Source: a virus (taxonomy: Duplodnaviria > Caudoviricetes). Taken from it: a DNA stretch of 64,000 nucleotides. The notes below the pieces were generated by a model. That model was not told the origin of the DNA. It ran no database searches and was given only the letters and a program-made list of their open reading frames with translations. The stretch lies in the IMG/VR virus record IMGVR_UViG_3300031555_003590, positions 1-64,000 of that record, one strand, 5' to 3'. Within the stretch, counting starts at the first letter, position 1. Each line of letters opens with the position of its first letter. Made by a program: the position numbers and the translations under genes. Of this stretch, positions 17,445-27,900 are shown one piece after another.

Positions 17445-19467
17445 ATTTTTCAATTAATATTATAAATTCCTTATTACCTTCAAAATGAGATTTATTATAT
17501 ATAGCATTGATAATATTATATTTATACTTCTCAGTTTCATCTACTACAAACAAGTACTTTTTACATTTGAATCTATTTAAACATTCATCTATCCAGTCAT
17601 CACATGATCTAGTATCTACTGGTACTTCTAACCACTGTTCTTTATCTGAATAGGGTGAACAAGTAAATAGACACTCATATTCACCACTAGAATCAAAAAT
17701 GTTTTTACATTCTATATTAACATCTATATTATCTAAATTAAACCATTTTATATTTTCTTTAAGAAATTGAATAAGCCTAATACTTTCATTAACATGAATG
17801 ATACTAATATCTTGACCAATATATCGTTTACCTAAACTAATAGTACCTAACATTCTACCACTAAATCCACTAAATGGATCAAATATCTCACTACAATCAC
17901 TAAGATATCTATTAATCAACATCTTAGCTCTACCTGCTGAAAATACTGATACCTTAGGTGCTATTTTACTAACATTGAATCCTTGTAGTAATTTATTAGG
18001 ATTAAGATGAGTTTGATAAATAATCCTATTCTGAATACATTCTTTCAGTAACTTATCGTCATGCCACGCATCATATGGTGATATCTTACCACAACGACTA
18101 GCACGATAAATACTTGGATGAAAATGTTGAATTAATCTATCACCAATTCTAGTATTTAAAGATAAATTTTTATGATATTTATCATCACAATTCAGCATAA
18201 TCAATTTATTAAAAGAATTAATTAATTCTTTATTATTGTATTTTGGTTCAGGAAATGGCATAGCTCTACATAATTTAAATTGATATTCTACATATTCATC
18301 ATAATTTAACATTAATAATTTAACCATTTCTTCAAAACATTTACTAAAATTCAATTCTTGAATAAAGAAATAATTGATAGTATCAACTATAGATAATGTT
18401 CTTTTTTCATCATATTCTTCTCTACTATGAATACCATCATAATCACAAATATCAGCATGAAAATATGCACCATCTAAATCTACTACCATTACTAATTCAT
18501 TTGTAAATTTATTATAAATCCCATAGTCCCATATATGAATTGTTTCACCAATCATTGGATATTCAGATAATAAATAAAAATCATTGCTCAAATGAGATTC
18601 ATTAAAAGCTTTTTCAAATTTTATAGCAAATTTATTTATTTTACCAGATGAAGATAATGCTTTCTTACTTCTCTTGGCTTGCTCTTCACTAGTTAATTTA
18701 TTCCAGTTATCCTGATGAAGTTTAGATATTCTCATTTTTTCTTCTAATGGTAAATTATTTGCCCTATCTTTAGCTTTTTGAGAATAAGCTTCTTTTTCTT
18801 CAGGCGATAGGTTATCATGCCATTCTTTTTTAGAATTGGCATAATCAACTTTTTCTTCATCATCTAAATCATAATACCACTGATGACTTCTTTTATAAAT
18901 ATCAGCTTTTTCTTCATCTGATTTCAATTTATTAACATCATTCATATGAGCAGCTCTAGCTTGCTTCTCTTCCATAGATAATGAAGCATTATATGCTTTC
19001 ATTTTTTCAGATTTATTTAGTCTATCATTCTCACGCTCTTCAGGAGTCATGTTTTCATATTGCTTTCTAGCAATAGCACTTTTCTCTTCAGGCGTCATTT
19101 GTTTTCTTTTTTCTTTTATCATTGTTTGCATTGGTTCAGTGCGTTTCTTTTTATCCTCTGAAGAAACAGTTTTCCAATGCTTTACTAATCCTTCAGAATT
19201 CTTTTTATTAATTATAGCTTGCTCTTCAGGAGTTCTTCTTGCTAATTGATCTCTAGTTCTTTGAGCATGAGCTTCTTTTTCTTCAGGAGTTTTATTTTCA
19301 TAACGTTCTTTTTCAATTTGAGACTTATATTCTTTCATACATTTCCTACAAAAGTTAGGAGTATTATTTTTATTACGAGTATAAAATGTATTTAATGGTA
19401 TTGAATATTTACATTTACATTTATTACATTCTAAATCAACAAATTTACCAACTCTACTATATGACAT
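17443..19467 (-). CDS. Fusion: Zn finger + (S/T)PEEK helical repeats + Vsr/EDxHD-like endonuclease + amino-DNA-methyltransferase
   Basis: CNKC..CRKC; roughly ten (T/S)xEEK repeats; WDYGIY...DLDGAYFHAD; FDPFSGFSGR (motif I) and FTCSPY (motif IV-like). Confidence 0.7.
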   Translation of the reverse strand: MSYSRVGKFVDLECNKCKCKYSIPLNTFYTRNKNNTPNFCRKCMKEYKSQIEKERYENKTPEEKEAHAQRTRDQLARRTPEEQAIINKKNSEGLVKHWKTVSSEDKKKRTEPMQTMIKEKRKQMTPEEKSAIARKQYENMTPEERENDRLNKSEKMKAYNASLSMEEKQARAAHMNDVNKLKSDEEKADIYKRSHQWYYDLDDEEKVDYANSKKEWHDNLSPEEKEAYSQKAKDRANNLPLEEKMRISKLHQDNWNKLTSEEQAKRSKKALSSSGKINKFAIKFEKAFNESHLSNDFYLLSEYPMIGETIHIWDYGIYNKFTNELVMVVDLDGAYFHADICDYDGIHSREEYDEKRTLSIVDTINYFFIQELNFSKCFEEMVKLLMLNYDEYVEYQFKLCRAMPFPEPKYNNKELINSFNKLIMLNCDDKYHKNLSLNTRIGDRLIQHFHPSIYRASRCGKISPYDAWHDDKLLKECIQNRIIYQTHLNPNKLLQGFNVSKIAPKVSVFSAGRAKMLINRYLSDCSEIFDPFSGFSGRMLGTISLGKRYIGQDISIIHVNESIRLIQFLKENIKWFNLDNIDVNIECKNIFDSSGEYECLFTCSPYSDKEQWLEVPVDTRSCDDWIDECLNRFKCKKYLFVVDETEKYKYNIINAIYNKSHFEGNKEFIILIEK

Positions 19468-19507
19468 ATTAAGGTACCCCCTTATATCAATTAATATATT
19501 CTATAAA

Positions 19508-19614
19508 ATAATATATAATTATATCTACAGGTACACTTGCATGTAGTAAATAATTTATATTATTTATCTATATTTTACTATCAATTAAATATATCAATTA
19601 TAATTATATATTAT
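19508..19614. promoter_or_regulatory. Divergent pair of AATTATATATTAT early-type promoters
   Basis: Motif on the minus strand at 19508-19520 and on the plus strand at 19602-19614, each facing a gene start. Confidence 0.6.
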
Positions 19615-19669
19615 ACTTGTAATTATCAGTAATATTATAGTATATATTTATTAAGAAAGGAGAATAGTT

Positions 19670-19843
19670 ATGGCTAAGAATGTTACAAATAATAGTTCTA
19701 AATTTACACCTGAAGAACAGGCTCGTATAGATGCTGAAGTTAAAGCATATCAGGAAAAAGTTAGACAAGCTGAGATAGAAGCTGCTATTCGAAATAAAAT
19801 CTTAGATGAGCAATCTAAAAAGCCTGGCTACCAATATTATTAA
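19670..19843 (+). CDS. 57-aa coiled-coil hypothetical protein
   Basis: AAAGGAG RBS; MAKNVTNNSSKFTPEEQARIDAEVK...; followed by a hairpin terminator. Confidence 0.75.
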   Translation: MAKNVTNNSSKFTPEEQARIDAEVKAYQEKVRQAEIEAAIRNKILDEQSKKPGYQYY

Positions 19844-19928
19844 AATGATTAATAATAAAAATAATGGAGGTTTGTATAACCTCCATTATTTTTATTATAT
19901 TTTCTATGTTCTAAAAATCGATTTTATA

Positions 19929-20690
19929 TTATTTGCTATTAGTTACAATTTGTTGAGCTAAAGAATTAATATTTTTTAATTTAGTTTCATATTGAGTAAC
20001 TTTATTTTTTAGGGTAGTATTTTCAGATCTTAATTGACTAATAGTTTTATTTAATGCAGCAATTTGAGAAGAGGTTGCACTTGATGATGTACTACTAGTA
20101 GTACTAGAAGAAGCAGTGGTAGTAGTTTTAGGAATCTTCATATCTTCTTCATTAAGCCATGCAGGGTTATAAGTTGGATCAACAACTGTATGACTTTTAT
20201 CAGTATAAAGAATATAAGAAGGATTTACAGTGCTATCAGTACCTTTCTTCCAGAAAGTACCACCAGCAACTTGAGGAGTATAAGTAGGATAGTTAGTATC
20301 TGTATCAAATTCTAAATGAAGATGATAATCACCAGTTCCTTCTTTACCTTCATCAGCTAAAGGAGTACCTAATGTAACAGTATCTCCTTTTTTAACATAA
20401 ATTTTTGACATATGCATATAACGTGCAATTAAATCGCATGTTTTACGAGTTTTATGATTATAACAATCTTTATATAATATAGCAATACCGTAACCAAGTT
20501 TATTATCTTTTCCGGCTGCAACAACTGTACCATCACCAGATGCATACATAATATGATTGTCACTAGCTCCACCTTGAATAGTAGAAATATCTACTCCATA
20601 ATGTGCATAACCCCAATGTTTTTTATATTCTGCATTCTTATAACCACAAAGCATCATCTGTTTATCAAATGGCATAATTAATTTTTGCAT
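19929..20690 (-). CDS. M23 family peptidoglycan peptidase (endolysin-like) with Ser/Thr linker and C-terminal coiled coil
   Basis: HYGVD, YMHM and YHLH zinc-ligand motifs. Confidence 0.85.
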   Translation of the reverse strand: MQKLIMPFDKQMMLCGYKNAEYKKHWGYAHYGVDISTIQGGASDNHIMYASGDGTVVAAGKDNKLGYGIAILYKDCYNHKTRKTCDLIARYMHMSKIYVKKGDTVTLGTPLADEGKEGTGDYHLHLEFDTDTNYPTYTPQVAGGTFWKKGTDSTVNPSYILYTDKSHTVVDPTYNPAWLNEEDMKIPKTTTTASSSTTSSTSSSATSSQIAALNKTISQLRSENTTLKNKVTQYETKLKNINSLAQQIVTNSK

Positions 20691-20801
20691 AAAACTAATC
20701 TCCTTTCTATTTGATAATACTAATTATAAAATTGTGATAAAAAATAAGGGGACCCACTTATAATTTAATATATGTAACTTATCTGAAAGGAGATTTAAAT
20801 A

Positions 20802-21353
20802 ATGAAAATTGATTCTGCAATTAAAACATTTTATGAAAAATATAATCGAGAAGCAATTCAATCTATCGATAATATTTCTAATGATTATGGATTAAATATT
20901 TCAGATTCTATTATTAAAGCATTTAATATTAATGAAAGTTTTGATAAATTTAAAACATATCTAGAAGGATATACATCTTATAAAATTAATAATAAAGATG
21001 ATAAAATTGATCAAACTGCAATCAAAGAAAGAACTAAAGTCTTTATTGATACTAAAATATTTGAAAGTTGCGATATTAAATATAATCAACTTCCTAAATT
21101 TATCACTGGATATATTGAGGGTGTAAATTCTTTATGTGAAACAGTTGATAATATAAAACGGGAAATGATTGATGCTAATATTAAAGCTGAAGATATTGGA
21201 GATATCAATGAATTTGCTGATATGTTTATGGATAAACTTCATGAATCATTTGATCCAAGTATGGATAGAATCCTATGGGCTAGTGGATATAATGCTAAAC
21301 AAAGATTATCTAAAGAGAATACTGATAAACCTAAAGCTCCAATATTTTTATAA
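20802..21353 (+). CDS. Hypothetical protein
   Basis: ORF with AAGGAG RBS and a downstream terminator. Confidence 0.7.
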   Translation: MKIDSAIKTFYEKYNREAIQSIDNISNDYGLNISDSIIKAFNINESFDKFKTYLEGYTSYKINNKDDKIDQTAIKERTKVFIDTKIFESCDIKYNQLPKFITGYIEGVNSLCETVDNIKREMIDANIKAEDIGDINEFADMFMDKLHESFDPSMDRILWASGYNAKQRLSKENTDKPKAPIFL

Positions 21354-21361
21354 AAAAGAAA

Positions 21362-21388
21362 ATCAGCAGGGGAAATTCCCCTGCTGAT
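21362..21388. terminator. Bidirectional terminator
   Basis: ATCAGCAGGGGAA-A-TTCCCCTGCTGAT between convergent genes. Confidence 0.8.
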
Positions 21389-21404
21389 AAATAAATATTT
21401 ATAT

Positions 21405-21611
21405 TTAATCAATTGGTGTATTCATTAAATCATCACAATTTTCATACAATTCAACTTTTTCATTTGATTCAAAAAGTTCTTTCCAATTTTTATGATGACC
21501 ATTATATGCAGTTTCAATAAGACTTTTATCTATATCATCTAAAGTTTCAAAATCATCTTCTTCATATAATTCCTCTTTAACAGCCCAATCAAACATTTCT
21601 TTTTTAAACAT
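21405..21611 (-). CDS. Acidic small protein, candidate antitoxin
   Basis: Starts 2 nt after the RelE-like gene; C-terminal YENCDDLMN resembles RelB/DinJ-type tails. Confidence 0.45.
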   Translation of the reverse strand: MFKKEMFDWAVKEELYEEDDFETLDDIDKSLIETAYNGHHKNWKELFESNEKVELYENCDDLMNTPID

Positions 21612-21613
21612 TA

Positions 21614-22075
21614 TTAATTACCTCCATTATTAGATTTAATATTATTTTCTAAATCTTGAATAATACGTTCTAAAGTTTTAGCTTGTTTAGGTTTTAAGTC
21701 TTCATTTTTAGATTTAGAATAACATAATAATAGATAAATCGTATTATCTCCAGAAATATATGCATTTATAACTCTCATATCACCAGTATTACTAGCTTTA
21801 TTTGTTTTAGAATTCCATCTAAGTTTTCTAGCTTGATTTAATTTAGGATATCTAGCATCTTTTATTGGAGGATTATTTAACTCAGGATATATTGAAAGAT
21901 ATGTTTTTAAATTATCTAAACTTTTTCTATTAGTAATTTTTAACCAATCTTTTTCAAATGTTCCATATGACTCAACTGAATCTATAGTTTTGGCCATTTC
22001 ATATAAATCATTAATAGGTTCATCAGCTAGATCATCAAATAAATCATCATTAACTAAAATATTCATAATAAACAT
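21614..22075 (-). CDS. RelE/HigB-family toxin-like protein
   Basis: ARKLRW...MRVI.AYI....IYLLLCYSKSKNEDL pattern. Confidence 0.7.
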   Translation of the reverse strand: MFIMNILVNDDLFDDLADEPINDLYEMAKTIDSVESYGTFEKDWLKITNRKSLDNLKTYLSIYPELNNPPIKDARYPKLNQARKLRWNSKTNKASNTGDMRVINAYISGDNTIYLLLCYSKSKNEDLKPKQAKTLERIIQDLENNIKSNNGGN

Positions 22076-22142
22076 CTCCTTTTATTTTAATTAAAATAAT
22101 ATAATCAGTAGGGAGATATTCTCCCTACTGATTTATTTGATT

Positions 22143-22421
22143 TTAGAAACTAACTACTCTGATAGACTGACCAATATGGATTTCAGTATCAGTAACACCA
22201 ATATGCATCCACCCACCAGTTTCTTTCATTTCAATAGAATAAATTACATTGGTACCATAATTAATACCAGATGCATGATTAAGCATATAGATCAAATCTA
22301 TTGCAGCAGGAGTATTTCTATTAACACAAAGATATACCTCCTCAACCTTTGCATTAGTATATACGTTTCCATGAACCTCGCAATTTTCAGGTAATTTAAA
22401 AATGAATTCTTTGTTTTCCAT
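22143..22421 (-). CDS. Hypothetical protein
   Basis: ORF with RBS in an early-type operon. Confidence 0.6.
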   Translation of the reverse strand: MENKEFIFKLPENCEVHGNVYTNAKVEEVYLCVNRNTPAAIDLIYMLNHASGINYGTNVIYSIEMKETGGWMHIGVTDTEIHIGQSIRVVSF

Positions 22422-22447
22422 GTTGTCAATTCCTTCCTATTAATACA

Positions 22448-22726
22448 TTATTTTATATGAGTACCAAAATACATATATTCATCATCACAATGAATATACA
22501 TAAAGAAATAACTTTGATGACTATAATTATTGGAATAAATTATATATAGATTTCCATTAGTCATATCACAGCCAGCTCTTTCAGCTAACTTAGATTCAAA
22601 GATTCCTTCAGAAATAGAACTTCTTGTAAGTTTAAATAATGGATCTAAAATATGATATTTATTTTGAGTGCCAATTAATTCAACTTTAGTACTATCTTCA
22701 AGTTCAAAAATTCTATAATCTTCCAT
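22448..22726 (-). CDS. Hypothetical protein
   Basis: AGGAGG RBS; promoter motif at 22775-22787. Confidence 0.65.
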   Translation of the reverse strand: MEDYRIFELEDSTKVELIGTQNKYHILDPLFKLTRSSISEGIFESKLAERAGCDMTNGNLYIIYSNNYSHQSYFFMYIHCDDEYMYFGTHIK

Positions 22727-22813
22727 TATTATACCACCTCCTTGTAAAGATATTGTTGTTTTGGTACTATTAAAATAATATATAATTTCATTTAATGCTT
22801 ATACGGAAAGGAA

Positions 22814-23560
22814 GTGTATAATATGAATATGTCAAATGCTGTATCACATATAAAACTTCAATTAGGTCTTTATGGTATTACATTACCTTTTAAAGATGAA
22901 ACTACAGGTCAACCTTTACCAACAGAAAAAATTATTCATAATGTAATAACAACTGTTACAATTCCAATTTATTCTCAATTTGTACCATGGATAAGAGAAG
23001 GTACTATTGATGTTGATAAATTAAAAATAGTAGATAAAGAAAATGGTATTTATATGTTGCCTGCATTTTTAACAATAACACCAGTAATGTATGTTTCTAG
23101 TGTTGGATTACCTTATCATAACAATAGAGGCACTTATGGAGATATTGCTCCTGCATATGGTATCAATAGATCAGTTCAAGGTGTACTTACTAGTCAAGCA
23201 TATATGATGGTAGCAGGACAAATGAGATCTGAACCAACATTTGATTATTTAGGAAATAATAAAATTAGATTATATGGATATCCTAGAGTACCATTAACAT
23301 TTAAAGTAGCATGTCAACATGATCCAAATGGGGAATCTATTGAAGAAAGTTGTTATGACTCATTTATGCAACTAGCAATGTTAGATGTAAAACAGTTCCT
23401 ATATAATACTTTAAAATTATATGATGGAATTCCGACTGCTTTTGGTAATATTAATTTAAAAATTGATGATTATCAATCAGCTGAAGCTGATCGTAAAGCA
23501 TTACTTGATGATTGGAATGATCGATTTCATCTTGATATGGACTGGGAACAATTTATGTAA
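22814..23560 (+). CDS. Probable virion structural (neck/head-completion-like) protein
   Basis: IKLQLG N-terminus and C-terminal G.I.L..DDYQ.AE..R.ALL..W pattern resemble neck proteins of large myoviruses. Confidence 0.5.
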   Translation: MYNMNMSNAVSHIKLQLGLYGITLPFKDETTGQPLPTEKIIHNVITTVTIPIYSQFVPWIREGTIDVDKLKIVDKENGIYMLPAFLTITPVMYVSSVGLPYHNNRGTYGDIAPAYGINRSVQGVLTSQAYMMVAGQMRSEPTFDYLGNNKIRLYGYPRVPLTFKVACQHDPNGESIEESCYDSFMQLAMLDVKQFLYNTLKLYDGIPTAFGNINLKIDDYQSAEADRKALLDDWNDRFHLDMDWEQFM

Positions 23561-23591
23561 AAATAAAGTGGGAGGAATATTCCTCCCACTT

Positions 23592-24071
23592 TTATATATT
23601 TCTATCTAAATACCATGCATTATTTTCAGAAATCATATTATTAATCATATTTAATGAAATTTGATATCCAACCTTTTTAGTATTATTATTTACAACTTGA
23701 ATAATACGGGGGATATGTAATATATCATAAATTCTATTAATACTAATACTATTATTACCAGTTATTTCATATCTAATTCTTCTAACTTCAAATAGAAATC
23801 GATATGTTGGTACTCCTTCTTCTGATATACCATGATTTGTATATAAACTGTATCTAAAACCAAATACAAATAAATTTTTATTAGGTTTAAAATTTTTATG
23901 CTCAATTGGTAAAAATAGAATCTCATCAAATCCTTTGGATATATTTATTTTTATTTTATCTGACATTGGATAGTAATTTGGTATACCATTTATATCTGGT
24001 AATACATAATATTTATACGTATTTCCATATTCAGTAACATTCAATATAGGATCATTAAATATTTCTTTCAT
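23592..24071 (-). CDS. Hypothetical protein
   Basis: ORF flanked by terminators. Confidence 0.6.
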   Translation of the reverse strand: MKEIFNDPILNVTEYGNTYKYYVLPDINGIPNYYPMSDKIKINISKGFDEILFLPIEHKNFKPNKNLFVFGFRYSLYTNHGISEEGVPTYRFLFEVRRIRYEITGNNSISINRIYDILHIPRIIQVVNNNTKKVGYQISLNMINNMISENNAWYLDRNI

Positions 24072-24131
24072 AATTATTCTCCAGAATATAAAAAGAGAGG
24101 ATCCTATAAATGGATCCTCTCTAGTTATTCT

Positions 24132-24914
24132 TTATTCTCTACCAGCTACATCATCAGATTTTAATGCGAGTTTCATTTGAATATTTGGTTGAAATTCTAT
24201 AATCTCTTTATCATCTTCTTCATTATAACTATAGAATACATCAAATAAACCAAATACATTCATAGATACTTCAGATACATCTGTTCCATCAGCTTCTTTA
24301 AATTTTACTTTCAATACATTTACAATATGATCCATAAAGATACAGAATAAAGGAATGATAGCTTCAGAAGTTCTAAGATTAGTTTTATACTGATTCTTTA
24401 GTACATCATATGCATGTTCTTGAATCTCTTTATAATACTCTACATTTTTCTTAGAATTTAATTGTTGCCATCTAATACAATTTTGAGAAGTTCTATCAAT
24501 ATCACGAGAATTATCTTCATTAACTACACTTCTATTGATACCAATATACTCCATAATAGGCATAAAGTTACCAACTTTTTCATTATTCTCATCAGTAGAA
24601 TTAGTATAACCTAGATTAATAGAATTAAACATTTGAATAGTAAAGTTATTATAACTATTCTGTTTACCCTTTAAGAATTTGAGAATAGTCATAAATGTTG
24701 CATAGAATACAACTCCATATACTTCAGTATTACCGCTTTTCAAATAAATACTAAATTGTTCTTCAGCTGATCTAGCAGTCAAATCACAAACAAATTTTAC
24801 TTCAGTTCTATTATTAACTGCATAATCATTAAACCATCTTGTTACAAAAGTTTCCTTTTTAACTTGATTATTTACATCAATTACTTGTTCTTCTTCTTTT
24901 GGTTTTCTTGGCAT
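24132..24914 (-). CDS. Hypothetical protein
   Basis: 260-aa ORF with AGGAGG RBS. Confidence 0.75.
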   Translation of the reverse strand: MPRKPKEEEQVIDVNNQVKKETFVTRWFNDYAVNNRTEVKFVCDLTARSAEEQFSIYLKSGNTEVYGVVFYATFMTILKFLKGKQNSYNNFTIQMFNSINLGYTNSTDENNEKVGNFMPIMEYIGINRSVVNEDNSRDIDRTSQNCIRWQQLNSKKNVEYYKEIQEHAYDVLKNQYKTNLRTSEAIIPLFCIFMDHIVNVLKVKFKEADGTDVSEVSMNVFGLFDVFYSYNEEDDKEIIEFQPNIQMKLALKSDDVAGRE

Positions 24915-24983
24915 AATAAACTTAACCTCCTAAATTTCAATTATTAATTGTATTGATACATAATTAGAATATATAAATATATT

Positions 24984-27900
24984 TTATGTATCAATTAAAG
25001 AGGAATCAATTTTATACGCAGACATCATAGATTTACGTCCCTTCATATCTTCAGGTGTAGATCCCCTTAATAATTGGAATATTTTCATATCATTCTCAAT
25101 ATCAGAAATATTTACTCTAATTAACATACGAGTATTTGGTTCCATAATTGTAGTCCTAATATCATCTGCATCGTTCTCGCCTACATTACCTTCACACTAG
25201 TTCGCAACACTAGTGCAGTTCTCAGATACTATTCAATATCATGAACTTCTCTAGTTCTCACTAGATGCTGAGACTATATCTTATTTATCATTATGATAAA
25301 TATTAACCGCTTCGATTTAAGGGATTCTCACCCACCTGCATTAGCTTCAGGTCCTACTCCTATTGTTATACTATACTAGTATAACCTACGGGATAGTCGT
25401 TGAACTATATTCTATATTATGCAACTTTATTTTTTATACGTAATTTTGGTCGACGCTTATTAAAGACATCATATTTCAATGATAATTTTTTATATTTTGG
25501 ACTCATATATACAATCTTTGATAATGTTCTAATAGGAATATCAGTCATTTTAGATATTTTATCATATGATAAATCTTTATCAGTTAATAATTTGGCTGCT
25601 TCTTCTAATTTCTCAATTGGAAATTCTTCTTGAATAGCAGGTGGAATTATATTATAATCTTTAGCAATATGACTCCATGAACGACCTGTTCTTATTGAAT
25701 ATAATATAGATCTATTGATACCAGTTTCTCTTTCAATATCAATTAACCTAATATTAGGATCTTGACACATTTCACAGGCTTGTCTAATTTGTTCCTCAGT
25801 ATAAACATTTTCTGGATGATTGATTCCTTTAAAACTCATAAGTCCAAATTTTCTAGCATGTTCTTTATTTTCATCAGCAGTGCACCATTCCAGATTACCT
25901 ACCCAATTAAATTTAGGATTACCATTTAAATGGTTTACTTCTGGTTTATTCTCTGGATTAGGAATAAATGCTTCTGCAACTGCTCTATGAACACTAATAT
26001 GAAATGATTTTCCATTAAGATATCCATTTACACGCATACGACCAGTATTACTTACTTCTTGTTTAATAATTTCTCCACGTTTTCCAATAATTTCACCAGT
26101 ATTACTAACTAGATATCCAGTAGTTATACCTTTATGAATCACAGATCTCCATTCAGGATTAGCTAGATCATGAATATATCTATCCAGTTTTAATACTTCT
26201 TCAAATGTTAATTCAGATTCTGGAATTTTAAATAATTCCATAGATCTTTGATCTCGCATTTCTTGAATGGCTTCATTAAGAAGTTTCTTATCCAATAAAA
26301 TAACCTCCTTTCCATTATATTTGCTAATGGTAAGGTAATTAATTTTTGCATAATATAGAATCTTAGCTGCTGATTATCCAATCTCTAATCTTTTTACCAT
26401 ACCTGAATAATTAGTTCAGCCACTAGTTATATCACTATACTAGTTTGGTAATTAGAGCTCTAAGGAACTTCCAGCAATTCAATTAATAAGGCCTAGAGTT
26501 AAGCCTTTGAATCGGTGAGAAATAGTAGGTTGATATTTCTTTAAAATTTTTAGTACACCCAACATTGATAAATTATGTTCAGTACCAGTTTTAATATCCT
26601 TTAATACAAATGATTCTACTTTTGGAAATCCCCATTTACCTAGTATACAAATTAAATCTGATGCTTTCCTGAGTAATGATTCTGATACTTCAATTAGCTG
26701 CATCTTAGCATCAATAACACCTTTTATCAATTTATCTTTTTGATCATAATACATCTCAGGAAATTCTTCACCAATTCTATTTTGGATATAATTAATATTT
26801 TTATGGAATATTTCTACATACTTACTACTATTATTAGTATCAATATTATCATTATCAGAATTATATGCAATAGCTGCAAACTCTTCTAATATAATTTCTA
26901 ATAATCTATCATTAATTTTATAATGATCTACTAATAATTTGATACTATCTACATAGTTACTAGTAGAAGATAAGAATTCAATCCATTGGGTTTTATTTAG
27001 ATATTCAATTTCATCTTCATTATTATATCCTAATTTATAATCTTTACTAACTGCTTTTACATATCGATTGATATAATCTTCTTTATTAATAACGAATGGA
27101 TCCTTTTTATCATCAACACGATATAGAGGAGGTTCAGCTATAAATAATCTACCATCTTGAATAATTTCTGGATATAATTTAAAGAAGAAAGCCATGAGTA
27201 AACTGCGTATAAAGAGTCCATCAACCAATTGTGTTCACATTAGATTGCAAGTCTAATGCAGTTCTCTTATGAACTTCCCTATATTTCTATAGGAGTTCAG
27301 ACTATATCATCACTAATATCATTAGTGTCTCCTATTTCCAGTTACCATACTACTATTCCGTTTGTAGTATCCCTCATTAGCTTAGGGTGTACTCTACTAA
27401 CTACATATATATGTAGTGGTTCGATAGTCGTTGAACTTTCTATTTTAACGGAGAGTAAGTTAAAATAGTTTAGCTGCTGATTGTCCCAATGGGAGTTCCC
27501 AGCAATTAAAGAGATTTTAAGCGGACATTGAATTTTTATCCGCATCAGATGCAATAATTATTTTATTATATTGCAATTTACTAAGATCAAATTTACTTCC
27601 AACATTACATCCCATAATAGTAATAAGATCAGTAAATTCTTTATTACCTTTAGGGCCTACAATCTGATCTAATGTCATCTTGAAAACATTTGCACTGACA
27701 CCCCTTATTGCATAGAGTGCTTGGAATTTAGGATCTCTTGCTTGTTTTAAAGAGCCTTTGGCGCTATCTCCCTCAATTATATAGAGCTCTTTATATTCTT
27801 TCAATCCTTTGTTAGTACAAGGATCATAGTTTTTCATCTTATAAGATGACCAGTTAGTTAGAGCACCTTTAACAACTGCTGATTTTACTTTATCCCCTTC

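Noticed and set aside
26479-27554. ORFs 26479..27228, 27256..27468 and 27342..27554 as independent genes
   Set aside because: They are gyrB exon 2 and incidental frames over intron 1.
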